Source of the DNA: Spirogloea muscicola
Taxonomy: Eukaryota
Reading direction: 5' to 3'
NCBI GenBank assembly: GCA_009602725.1
Contig: WELB01000019.1
Location: 1,051,682-1,115,681 of the forward strand
DNA: 64,000 nucleotides
Shown here: positions 47,769 through 59,807 of the stretch, in pieces
How positions within the stretch are numbered: the stretch's first letter is position 1
Layout: every line of letters starts with the position of its first letter
Notes under the pieces: model-generated
The model's input: only the letters and a program-made list of their open reading frames with translations
Told to the model about the DNA's origin: nothing
The model's database searches: none
Program-made: the position numbers and the translations under genes

Positions 47769-49533
47769 GAAAGAAAGGTATTCAAAGGCAGAAGTAGCAC
47801 TTATGAAAGGTGGCGACTGCTTTGAGAGATCAGCTCTTTCAATGTGAGGCAATGGCTGTCAAAGGCCGGTCCACAAGGAATGGACAAAGTAGGAAGGGGC
47901 CCAAAAGCGATGAGCATTACAGCTATCACTCGGTGTTCACTAGCCCCGTGATGAGCACACAGCACCGAATGTAGGACGTGAAAGATGATGGACCACTCTG
48001 TCGCCAACAGGTTGGAAGTGTGCCAGACATCAACAACTTCTCGAGTGCTGCTTGGGTTCGATAATGTGCCTGACCGCAGCTGCGCGCTCGCTTACCCACC
48101 AGTAGAATGCTGCGTAGCCTCCACAAATGCGGCCCAGCTGCCATTTCGCCTTTGACTGGTCGATGGTCTTGCTGTCATTCGGATAGTCCTTCCGACTTTC
48201 CCTGCATCTTGCAAGTTGCTATGTCAGAAAGCCGTTACTGTCTACGTCATATTCAGACATCCTACAGCAGCTGCGTATTCACGAAGAAGGCAATGACCCC
48301 CATTGTATAAGCAACATGGGTAGTCAGTTACGGTTTGGTAAATTTTGCGAGTAGGTCTGCCAGCTTAGACGCTTCTGTAAGAAGAAGCTGCTAGCAATAC
48401 ACAGATCGGGTGAAATGCCTGACTAACTTATATTGGCAACAGTTTGCAACAACAGTACCAGCCTTAGGAAATGCACACAGGTGTGAAACCCGGCAACCTG
48501 CTGAATTCGCTTCCAAACTTGAGTTGCTTGTCAGCTCTTGCTCAATTGATGCAGTAAACTCCAGGCATACATATGGAAAACACTAGCTGGTCATGCACAG
48601 TCGGTATGTTGCATCATATGAGGCTTGTTCATTGTCGGCTGCTGCAAACAAGACCACTTTCGGTTAAGTCAAAGCACCGTCAACTGCCTTGGACTTCAAT
48701 ATCAATGGGCAATTATTGAATTCCAAGCTATTGTCACTTATCTCCTGTGATATAAATTTACAGACAACATGCTTATGGTGCTCACTCAATTCTTTCTGAG
48801 GCGCTGCTATAGATGTGGCTCGTCCAAGAATTGGTCCTGGACATAGCACAACTAATCCATACTGGACTGCTCGTTCAGCTTTCAATTGTACTGTGGTCAC
48901 AGGCCCTCTGGGGTTCGTGATTGATGATGCAAGAAAGGCTAGTGAGTGCTTTGGGCAGCTGAGCAACGCTTATGTGAAATCGCCCAATAACAGTAAACTA
49001 ATCATACAATATCATGCGGAGCAGCATGGTGGGCACACAGGTGAATGTAAATGACATGTGGACATACTTACGAGAACAGCTTCTGCCCAGTAGCGAGGCA
49101 GGTTTCCTAGCCTCCATGTCTATGCCGGCCTGAGTTGGGCACCCAACGTTATGAGCTGCGTACACCTTACTACACGGCTGCTCATATAAGTATTGAAATT
49201 GACAGGCTTAATGGAAAGCCTTGCCTTTGTACAAAATACAGCCAGATGGCTTGAGGACAGAAATATAAGATACATGTTTGTGCAGGAATATGAGACTAGA
49301 AAGACAAGAATTTGAGCAGCGGCTAAAAGCAGAGACAAGTCTGAAGACAACCACGGCTTCAGCAAAGCCAGAGCTGCAACCACTGGGATTCTTGTGTAGG
49401 TGGCAAAACACACTCAATACCCACTTGCAGGCCTTATGTGAAATGTGACAGACCTTAATAGAATGTGCACGGCAGAAAGGTGAAAGTACTGCGGCGGCAA
49501 ACTGATTGCCAACAGCTTACTCAGGGAATGGGC

Positions 49534-52386
49534 TCAGGCAATGGGCTCCCGCTGAAATATAAAGTGTGCATTGCTCCTGCTGCTCCGATTGATTCGGATG
49601 TCATCATCAAGGTAGATCGTCTCCCAATCAGCGCTCCGCTGAAGCGCCTTTGGGAGGCTCAAAGTGACCTTGGGAAGGTCAGTGCTGACTGGCTGCCCCA
49701 GCAGCTGGAGTGGCCGCGCGGAGAATGTGTCAAATTGGACAAGCCCAGACAAGCTGCCACCCTTCTCCCAGCTGCCCTGCACCGCCACCTCGAAGACGCC
49801 TAGCGGACCCAGCCTGAAATGCAGGACACAAATGGAATGCATCAGGAGTGTACAGGGTTGCTCACAATACTGGCAGAGCACGCACCAAAAACAGGCCATG
49901 CTGTTGCCTTGAGACCAGTATCTGGGTTCAGAACTACTATGCTGATTGTAGAAGGACATGTAAAAGTCAAAAGTACGCAGACGGTTTACCTGACCTGCGC
50001 AGAATTGCAGGCGAGCATGCTGAGATCGTCAGCAACGACGTCGCTGACTGTGTCCTGCTTTCGGTGCTGCACCTCTTGGCGGAGGTGAGATATCTCAACC
50101 CCCAGCAGCGAGGGCAGCTCCTGCTGTTGCGGAAGGCCATCGCCAGACACAAACCTGCAAGAGTATCAACCATTGAGCAAGCTCAGGAACAACAGGAAGC
50201 CGCAACTGCTACCACTCCTAGTAAGTTTGCCCATACGAGTAATTTTGGAAACTCTTCAAGTTCCCTAGCTAATGCTATGAGCACAATTGTGGAGACCTCG
50301 TAATTCAACTGCAGGTCTGCTTCCAGCCCAGCACAGCGACCTCACCTCAGGCGCCAATCGCCATAGAGCTGCGGTGCTGGCTGGAGGGGTACAAATGTGC
50401 CCTCCACCACCTCCGTCCGCTCCGAGTTGAGGACAGCCGCAACTTCCGTGCCCGGTAACGCCCCTACATGGGCACCTGCTGGGGCTGGAGCAAGCTGCTG
50501 CAGCTTCTCCATTATGTACTCCACCTTCTGCCGCCCAGCATGCGGTGCAGCCCCAACCGACCTGAACGCCTCCTGCAGCAACAGCCCAATGTATGACAGC
50601 AGGATCAGAAACTCACACACAAAGTACCATATACTCTGTTCACATCTTGTTTCTCTTCATTTAATGCGCTTTTCTGAGCATAAAAGGAGACACAATCTGT
50701 GAAACATCTACAACAGGATGATGAAGTGAATGCATAGGGTACCTATGTAGACAGTGGGAGGCAGAATGGTTGATGCTACCTTCATTGCAGAAGTGGTAAA
50801 AGGAAGGAGGATGATTGTAACCTGCTGGCTGAGGCTGTCGAGCGCCTGGAAGAGCGAGCGTTTAAGCTCCAGGCGCTGTAGTGCAGCACGCACGTGGGCG
50901 CCCTTCTCCGTTGAGAGGGCTGACAGAGCTGCCGCAGCGTTGGCGACAGCGGCCGCACGGCGCTTGCGCACCTTGCCCTCGCTTGCATTCTTCATGGACC
51001 AGATCATGGGCAGCGCAACAAGCGGCCCAAAGATGAGCCAGCGCTCGCCGAGACCGACGGCAGTTGAAAGCTCAAACGCCGTGAAGCGCTCCGCCAGCCC
51101 CTCGAAGAAGCCCACAACAGACGCCTCCGCTGCCTCGCCTGACTCCACTGGATTGAACTTGCTCACCTGCAGGTGAGCATGTGACTGGCACTCCACTGAG
51201 TATCCTGTCGGCGCAGACCACAGAGCTCTTTAAAGGACCCGCTTGCCCGCTTGCCCGCTACTGCCACCTCTCCAGGAGCTAATTGTGGGGCTTGAGAGCT
51301 GTGCATTGCCATCTGCTGCGCTGGCCCTTGGTCTCCGACAGGGCAGCCTGTGCTCACCGCCTCCACGGTGCTCTCCCACGCATCACCAATGTTGCTCAAG
51401 ATGTCCCAATCGAGGTCCAGCAAAGGCTTGCTCTCCTCCTGCAGTCGAGGCAGGTCCCAGAATGAGTGGGAGCTTCTAGCATTGTCCAAACTCAGAACTC
51501 ACCTCTACAGTACAAGCACATTGCCTCAGAGCTTACGAAGCAAGCGAGCCCACTAAACAAGGTGCGCCGGAAGGAAGAAGGCTTAAGGGCAGTGGGTCTG
51601 ATTGATACCTCCTGCTTGGAGTCAAAGTCCAGGATGCCCTTGATCTGCTTGTCGATGACCTCCGGCGTGACGAGCTGGCCGCCGGTGACGACAGCCGACA
51701 CCTTCTCCAGCAGCGTCACCTTGCGGCTGCTGTTCACTGCCGAGTCGACGAGCTCCTGCACCCGCTTCAGCTGCCCATGGCAAGCCCCCACCAAGACATC
51801 ATAACCGTCAGTTCGCCCACAAATATGATTGATTAGTTCGTGATTTCTGCCCTGTCTGCCTAGCCTGTGGCTCCGCTGATTCCGCTAACATTGTCATAAT
51901 GCCCTCTGTATATACTTGGCTGGCTTTAACAGCCATTCGTTTCAGATAAGCGGCCGCATGCTTCTGCTGATGGAGTCTGTTAGCATTCAAAAGCTGCGGA
52001 AACTGACGACAAGCTAACGGTGGGAGGGAGTGGGGCTGGGAGCGCACTCTGTCGAAGGGCCCGGCCTGCGCAGCGCCCTGGTCGAGCGCCAGGCGGCCGG
52101 CGGCGGCGAGGTCGAGCTCCGGCACGGGCCCGGGCCAGGCGAGCACCGCCAGGCTCGCCAGGACACCCACGGCGGCCCGCCGAACGCCATCCGCGAGCGC
52201 CGCCAANAACAACAAGCGAAGGCCAAATGGCCAAGTACGAAGTACTGGAAGAGTGTTTCGACTGAGGTACTGGGGGAGTTAAGAATGAGGCCTTTCCGAC
52301 TGGAAGGGAAAGGCGAGAACAGCTCTTCCAACTTACGGCAAAGACTGTGAAAGGCTGTGCACAGAGCACGGCGGCGACAAGGCCAT
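49534..52386 (-). CDS. Plastid PAP/fibrillin-domain protein with a long N-terminal extension
   Basis: Exon chain ends LELKRSLFQAL...KVEYIMEKLQQLAP...LYGDWRLR-FVS...VQGSW...WETIYLDDDIRINRS...FIFQR*, which is the fibrillin pattern. The N-terminus is interrupted by N 52207 and the start is tentative. Confidence 0.75.
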
Positions 52387-53779
52387 GGCTGGCGGATGGG
52401 CGGCGGCGATCGCGGCGGCGGCGGAGGCGGCGGCGATCGCGGCGGCGATCACGGCGGTGGCGGCGGCGGCGGCTGCGGCGGCGGAGGAGGAATGCACTTT
52501 CAGCACGCCGGGATTCTCCACGTCACCCAGTTCCCAGCGGCCGTGCTGGCTCCCCCCCTCCCGAGAAGGGAGATCCCTGGTAACATGTATGATTTGCCCG
52601 CGGCGGAGGGAGGAGAGCTTCAAAAGGGGGGGGTGTTGGGGGCAGGGGCGGCCCGCGTGCAGCGGCGGCCACGTCGCCGGTTGTCGAGCGTCACCGTCAG
52701 GGGTCGGGCGTCATCGCCAGGCTGACGGCTTGCCCGTCAGCCTCGGCACATCCGCGGCCCAGCCGAGACTCTGGGAGACGAAGCTCGGAGGAACTTGGAA
52801 GCCTTTCTTCGAAAGGAAGCCGGCTCGGCCAATGTGCTCTCGCCTTACTGCTGGCCTTCCTCAGCGACTGCCCTCTGTGGAAGAGCGTTGTCTCTCGCCT
52901 TGTGGGCCACGCCACTTGAGGAGACGGCTTCTCCGAGCAGTGGCTGCTCAGAGTGGGTCCAAGTCGGGTCACACTTCTGCTTCGGGGCAAGCGTGTTGTT
53001 CTTGAGCCGATTGAGATGACTCAAAATCTTCGCCTCTTTGGATTTTTAGTCCCTTGGATTCTTGACAAGGGTTCATCTGCTGGAGCAGATTTTCTGAAGT
53101 TGGATTCCCTTTACTCTCAAAGTGCCAAAAGCACAAAGTAACATCCATAGCACGGATATGCATAGATTGGATGAAGATATTGTAATGCAGATCAATGACT
53201 CCTTGCATCATAGGAGCTGCATCTTGAAAGCACGAAGAGCGAGGCCCACCAAGAGAACGACGGGCTATTTGCCCCCAGCTTTGCACAGATGGCTGGGCAA
53301 GAGTAGCATCTGCGAGCTCAGACTGGAAATAAGGCTGCTCGCAGCCCCGACCACACAGATGTCAAACAACAGCCAAACGACAGGCAGACTACTGCAGGGG
53401 GCTGAGCCCTGCGGCAAAAGCCCGAAGCCGCAGCTATTGTATGACTTGCCTAAAAGGAAGGCAGTAGCCATAGCTCTTTTGCGGAGCAAGCTCAGAGGCC
53501 TGACATTAGTCCAAGCGTTAGATATACATGCCATGACTATACCTGCTGCTTTGCAGCCAATCTGTGATTCATTATGGGCTAGCCTCTCTGCAGCACATCC
53601 TCTGTACTTCATCTCCTCGAGCCACAGTGACGCCCAAAATTGGAGAGTCTGAAATCTTGCGGTGCAAATTGTGAGAGCGTCCTTTGGAGCAGTCATGACA
53701 GTCATATCAGAAGGAAGCACAATCTGCCAGCTGCCTTGTCCTTGATCTGTCCGATTCTACTGTAAACGACACGAACGTA

Positions 53780-55077
53780 TCATCTATTTTTCTTCACCCA
53801 TTCCAGAATGTTCCTCTCGTTGTCTGTCAGGTTCTTCTTGTTTGCAAGAGACCCCTGCCACAAGCACTGCAGGACCTCAGTGACCAACGTAGGCATGATG
53901 AACGAGCACAATATGGCAAAGCTCGTTCCTCGTGGACTGTGTGAATGTCAAATTCGCTTCTGTCCAAGAAAGCGTACTAGCTTACTGGACTAGCTTAATT
54001 GCACCAACATTGTCCTGTGACTGTGATGGGTATGCTCACCGCAATGAAATTGAAGTAGTCCCCAAAGTTTCGTCGGTTGTAATCATCGAGCCTCTGCGGA
54101 GCGACTCCAGCAACATCAGGGACATATGCCTCACAACTTGTCAAAGTGGGATGCGTTTTCAGAGGCACTGCAACTATCACAAACCGCGTTTACTGCACGA
54201 CAGAGTAGGCTAACCCTTTCTACGCATGTCAGAATTTCCTGCACGGATGCTGGAGGCAACAGATGTGACCAACCTCCTGGTCTCGCTGAGGCTTCTTCTC
54301 TATGGATCGTTTCAAGAGCTCTGCCCAATTGACCAAGCCAACCAGACACGAATTTTGGAAGAGCTATCTCATTGCTCAGAGTATCAAAATGAGGCGGGAC
54401 AGACAAAGCTGCACTAAGCAAATTCAGCAACCTCATCACAAGACTCAGCAATGGAGTAAGACAAGTGGAGTAAGCCATCTGCTAGTACACAATGCAGGCC
54501 TGATTGCTCAGGGCATTTCTAATCAGGTGTGGCCCTCTGACCTTTGATGTATTCGTTGTTTTGCTCAACTGGAGCAGGCAAGCGCAGCTTCAGTTCCACA
54601 GGGGCTACTTCTTGGTCCTCTTGCGCTTCTAGCAAAGGGCAAGCTTACAAGCCAGTGACTAAGCAGTTGGTAGCCCAAGGCTTGAAAGCTGAGCTGACTG
54701 GAAGCCCTTGAGTAAGCTTTGAGTGTGTCCATACTCAAGCTCTCTTCATGACGAGTAGACCAGAAGGGTCGTTCTAGCTTGTCAGCAGAGGTGGTCGACT
54801 CCTGTTGTGGCGTACCTGAGTCCAATGGTAAGACCGAGCTGGCCAGCAGCCAACCGGTACTGGCCGCAGAAAGCAGCACTGATCTTCTCATCCGCTGCGA
54901 CGTCAACTGCGAGCCTCTGCGGGTCGCTTCGCCAGAGCTAGCACGAGGCGCGATGGGACAGAGAGAGCTGGGTCTTGTCCTCAGACTGCATCCATCGCCT
55001 AGCTCTGGACCCCTGACGAGGTGGCCAGAGAGCGGCTGCGCGAGGAGGCTGCGAGAAAGCATCGCAGGCGCCGTCAT
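53780..55077 (-). CDS. Small plastid/thylakoid protein of the family annotated 'PSI reaction centre subunit N'-like (not canonical PsaN)
   Basis: Exons 55077-54816, 54628-54542, ~54320-54273, ~54093-54040 and ~53854-53780 give a transit peptide with RR, then VEQNNEYIK-ELLKRSIEKKPQRDQE-RLDDYNRRNFGDYFNFIA-GSLANKKNLTDNERNILEWVKKNR*. Confidence 0.75.
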
Positions 55078-55224
55078 GGCGGCTTCCGCCGCGGCGCAGC
55101 CTTCCGGCAGGTCGTCCCTGGTCGCTCAAGTCATGGCGATCAGCGGCTGAACTGAATGGCCGGCGGGTAACTTGAAGTTGAGGCTACAAGATGGGCCGGG
55201 AGGGGGGCAAAAAGCACAGCGGAC

Positions 55225-55306
55225 CGTGACCTGAGAGATTCGAACTCTCGCGGGTAGAACCCATGTACTTAGCAGGCACACGCCTTAACCACTCGGCCAA
55301 AGTCAC
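55225..55306 (-). tRNA. trnS-GCT: tRNA-Ser(GCT)
   Basis: The reverse complement is GTGACTTTGGCCGAGTGGTTAAGGCGTGTGCCT-GCT-AAGTACATGGGTTCTACCCGCGAGAGTTCGAATCTCTCAGGTCACG. It is 82 nt with A and B boxes and a long variable arm. A T5 Pol III terminator follows at 55213-55209. Confidence 0.96.
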
Positions 55307-56113
55307 TTCGAGCCCCTGGAGGGATGTCACGATCGCATTCATCTGCCTGGCCTTTGCACATTATATATATCGTTATGCTCTTAGTGCGTCAGAGAGTCAG
55401 GTGACGCACACTTTTGCCCGTCGATGCACAAGATCAATGGGTGACAGCGGCCGTGGCGGGGAGAAGGCGGGGACACGGGAGTCTGCTGCCACGTTGGCGG
55501 CGCTGCCCGCCGCCTTCGCCCCCGCCGCCTTGTCGATATTGCGAACAGGAATCGGTCAGGACACGCAGTAGAATCTCGAATTTAAGCTTAGAGCTACCGC
55601 AGTATCATGCAGAAGCGCCAGTGGTCCCAACCTTGATCCAAGCTTTTCAGTACCGCTTTGTCAGCGCCAGCCGAGATTCTTCCAGGCCGCTGAACGTGGC
55701 CCGGGGTCCTCGGCAGGGTACGTCCTCTGCAGGACATGCCCACCGGGCCTTCCGACCGGTCTCGCCCCGTCATCCATGTTGCGAGCACACGCCGGGCCGA
55801 CCCGCAGAGGACCAGCCAAAGGCGGGGAGCCGGGAATGGTGGGAAATTTCTAGGAGGGGCCCCGCGGCCCCTCCCTCCACCCCCCCCCCCCNNNNNNNNN
55901 NCCCTCCCTCCCCGACTGACGAGGGGCGCCGCCGCTCTGGCTACGTAGTGATCCTGGGGCCCCCTCGAGGCGGCCTACCTCGCCCAAAACCCCCCTTCCC
56001 CCCTCCTCCTTTAGTAGAATAATACCAGCCGTGTCAATTTCCTCCCCCACGGCGCCGTCACCCTAGCCCGTGCCTCCCGGAGGACCCCATCCGCTTCTCA
56101 GGCGCCCGCCGCC

Positions 56114-56116
56114 ATG

Positions 56117-56148
<32 letters not shown>

Positions 56149-58967
56149 GCGGATGGCCCTGGCGGTGGCCGCTCTCGTGGCGCTCGTGGCGGCGCCGGCG
56201 GCCCTCGCCACCGCCGACCTCCCGGCCGCCCGGGCGGTCTTCGAGGCGTACCTTGCGAGCCGCAGCGCCTCGGAGGCCAACTCTTTGGTCAGTGTCCTCC
56301 TCTGGGCCGTTGGCAGAGTAGCTCTGCCGATTAGACTCACAATTGGACTACCATGGCGTCAAATTGTCGGGCATTATAGTGTTGATCATGACTGGAGATC
56401 TTGCAAAAGCTTTGGTGAGTGAGGCCTTTGTACCTATGCCTTGTCACTTGACCAACTCCTTGTGGGAGTTTACAGGGCCTTGCCGAGCAGATCGAAACCT
56501 GTCGCCAATTCTCTGACTACGATGTCTTCGTCAGCAACTTCTACAGCCTCTGGGTCAACCTGAACAAGCCCTCTGGCTACAGTGCACATCATAGGCAACT
56601 TCGCCTTGCCCATTTTGCCGACAACTTGGAGTTTATCGTTGACCACAACGGTCAAGGGAAGTCGTACCATTTGGGTGTCAATCAGGTACAACATCTCCGC
56701 GCAATTGCGCAACAAGTTGTGATACATGTAATTAGCAAGCCGTCTGTGCAAAACCATATGTATTGCCCTGACAACTGGGTGAATTTTGTTCATGTGCAGT
56801 TTGCAGATTTGACGCACGATGAGTTCAAGGCTACACACCTGGGACTGCGCCTGGATGCAGGCAACACCGCCCTTCGCCTTGGAGGCGGTCGCCCCTTCAG
56901 CCATGCCAACGTGCAAGCCCCTGCTGAGGTGGACTGGAAGGCCAACGGCGCTGTTACTGACGTGAAGAACCAGATGCAGTGCGGTATGCACTGCCTCTGA
57001 TGCTATGTTCTGCTGCTTTGATTTGCCTGTGGCTTGTCCGTGTTAGACAATTGAGGGGACCTACTCTGGGTGCTTATTAAGAAGTCATGTGCGAGATGTG
57101 TTCAGGTAGCTGCTGGGCTTTCTCAACCACCGGGTCGGTTGAGGGCATCAACAAGATTGTCACTGGCGAGTTGCTGTCACTATCTGAGCAAGAATTGGTA
57201 GATTGCGACAAGGCCCGTGACATGGGCTGCCAGGGTGGGCTCATGGATTTCGCCTTTGAGTTCATCATCCAGAATGGTGGTCTAGACACTGAAAAAGACT
57301 ACCCCTATACAGCTGTGAATGGCCAGTGTGACCTCGAAAGAGTACGGACCCACTAACTGGTGATGATGATGATTTATGGGCTAAGGACTCCAGCAGTTGC
57401 TTGTTTGTGCTGTCCTTGCCTCACATATAATTGTCATAGTTTCATCTGCTCCGTATGTAGTTTTGTAGGAAGTTTGACATCACTTCGTGCTGTTGTTGCT
57501 GGAGTAGTGCACATTACATGCAGGGGGCTGTTTGCTACCTACTATGAATGCATTAGTTTGGTAAGGCTCCAGGCATGTTTCTGCAAATATGTGGATTTCC
57601 AGCTGATTGGAGCTATGAGCTACTATCATCCTCTTGGCAGGAGAATAGCCACGTCGTAACAATCGATGACTTTGAGGACGTGCCACATAACGACGAGGCT
57701 TCTTTGAAGAAGGCTGTTGCTGCTCAGCCAATCAGCGTGGCCATTGAAGCTGATCAGCGCCAATTCCAATTCTATGCAGGGGTACGGTCTAATCTGACTA
57801 AGAAACTACATAGACAAGGTTCCCTTGATCTGCATACTATCTTTAGTGCATCGGATGCATGTTTGTTTCCCTGATATGCCAGATTCTGGAGGTCACTGTG
57901 GGTGAAGCTGAGATTCATGTGATTTCATGTTGAGCAGGGTCCAGTCATGTTTATGTTGATCATGCCAATATTTATGCGAAACCTTGTGGGATTCGCAGGG
58001 TATCTTTGATGACGAGTGCGGCACACAGCTTGATCATGGCGTCCTCATTGTTGGGTATGGGGTCGACAACGGAACAGACTATTGGACTGTCAAGAATTCA
58101 TGGGGCTCTGCATGGGGAGACCATGGTTACATTCGTCTGAGGAGGTACATGACTGCCATACACATACGTCACACATCAAGCTGTTGCAGACTTTCGCACT
58201 TTTTTGCTGTATTTTAATGCAATTGATTGTGACTTTTACTTTTGCAGGAACGTGCAGGACAACCAGGGGCTCTGTGGAATAGCCATGCAGGCGTCCTACC
58301 CCATCAAGAAGGGCCCCAACCCTCCACCTGGGCCCCCTCGTCCGCCCACTCCTCCACCTGCACCCGAAGTCTGTGATCCCACTCACAAGGTAAGCATCCC
58401 ATTGGGGATGTGCAGTCTTCATGAGTTGACCATGCAGGATTGTCTGCTTGTGTGCTTGGTTCTTATCTTGACGCCTGAGGCTGCTGATGGCAGTGTGACC
58501 ACGGCACTACGTGCTGCTGCTCTGTACCACTGGGCAAATTTTGTCTGGCATGGGGCTGCTGCCCAATGGAATCTGCTACTTGCTGTGACGACCACCGCCA
58601 CTGTTGCCCGATTGAGTACCCTGTATGCAACCTGGATGCTGGGCTATGCATGAAGGTCAGCCACTGTCAACTTTCGCACCATATTTCGGTGCCAGCTTAC
58701 AGATATTATTCGCAGGCCTCTTTGATGCTGGTACATCCTGCACTTGCTGGTTCTGCATATGCAGGGGCTGGTTCTGCTGCTGCTTCAAGAATGTCAGCTC
58801 CACTTCTGCGTGCTTCTCTGCAGGGCTCCTCTCTCATGTGGATGGACAGTGGCGTTGACATGCTTGAGCAGAGCCCTGCTCACTTCCATTGGCCATCATT
58901 CCACGATTCTCTCGGCCGCAAGTCTGGACCAGGAGATGTCCAGCTGCAATCTGTTGCTGACCAGTAA
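56114..58967 (+). CDS. RD21: Papain-family (C1A) cysteine protease with I29 prodomain and granulin domain, RD21-like
   Basis: Signal peptide, [63 protein letters not shown], a Pro-rich linker and the granulin TCCC...[20 protein letters not shown]. Confidence 0.93.
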
Positions 58968-59807
58968 GCCGTGGAATGGTTGGCATGGTTGCTGAGTGGA
59001 AAGTGTACCTGATCTCAATCCTCACTCTGCGCACATGCGTGGAGCATTCGCTGGGCCCATGTCTTCGTGCCGAGGGCATTGCTTGGACCCCACTTTATTA
59101 GTCACTGGTACTGAGGTGCCTTGGGTTGCACTTGCACGCCTGAGCTTCGTTGTGTTATTATCGTAGTCTTTTCATGTGTGAATTAGAATTCTCCTCACAC
59201 GGAAAGTAGTAGGACGGATGAAGGGTACATTTCAGGCTAGTACTGCTTCTGTGTACTTAAAGTTATCCTTGACCTGCCTGGCATGATATGAGAGCTGTGG
59301 CAGCCAGCTCGCAAGCCCACTTGTAGATACTCCATTCGTACACAATCATTGATACATGTGCTGTCATTTTTCGTACTTGATTGCTCCCCGTCATGTCCAT
59401 CAATGTGTTGCAGAGGTGTTAAAGAGATTATGCTCAGTGTCGTAATACAGCAATCTTGTATGCATGACTAATTTGAGCCATTTCCTGCAATGTATTGAAT
59501 ACTCAAGCTTTTTCTGTTTTAGTAGGTAATAGCTGATGGAATCAAAACTTTTATAAATCTGTACACATGCTTGACACGCGCGCATTGCTATCCAGCCTGC
59601 AACTTATTGTGCCATCCGTTGGCACGGCAGCAGCCACGACCTCTGACACAACTCAAACAGGGCAAAGTATTCCGCCATCTTGCGCACTTTGACTGTTTCC
59701 TTATTATGATAGTTGACAAAGAATGTTTTGTCTCAGACCAACATTGATGCAACTACTGTACAAGACGTTGAAGAAGTCGTTCTTTGAATGTAACCAGTTG
59801 TGACCCT

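Noticed and set aside
47950..49450. Possible decayed coding sequence between the pseudo-exon and the fibrillin 3' end
   Set aside because: The frames I read are broken by many stops and no family motif is recognisable.
52385..53005. 206-aa plus-strand ORF sharing a CCATGG with the fibrillin start
   Set aside because: Its poly-Ala start is the antisense of a GCC-rich 5' leader like those before other ATGs in this window. It has no recognisable domain.
53122..53720. Overlapping 176-aa (+) and 151-aa (-) ORFs
   Set aside because: There are no motifs, no convincing splice chain, and they lie in the 3' flank of the PsaN-like gene. I cannot support them without expression data.
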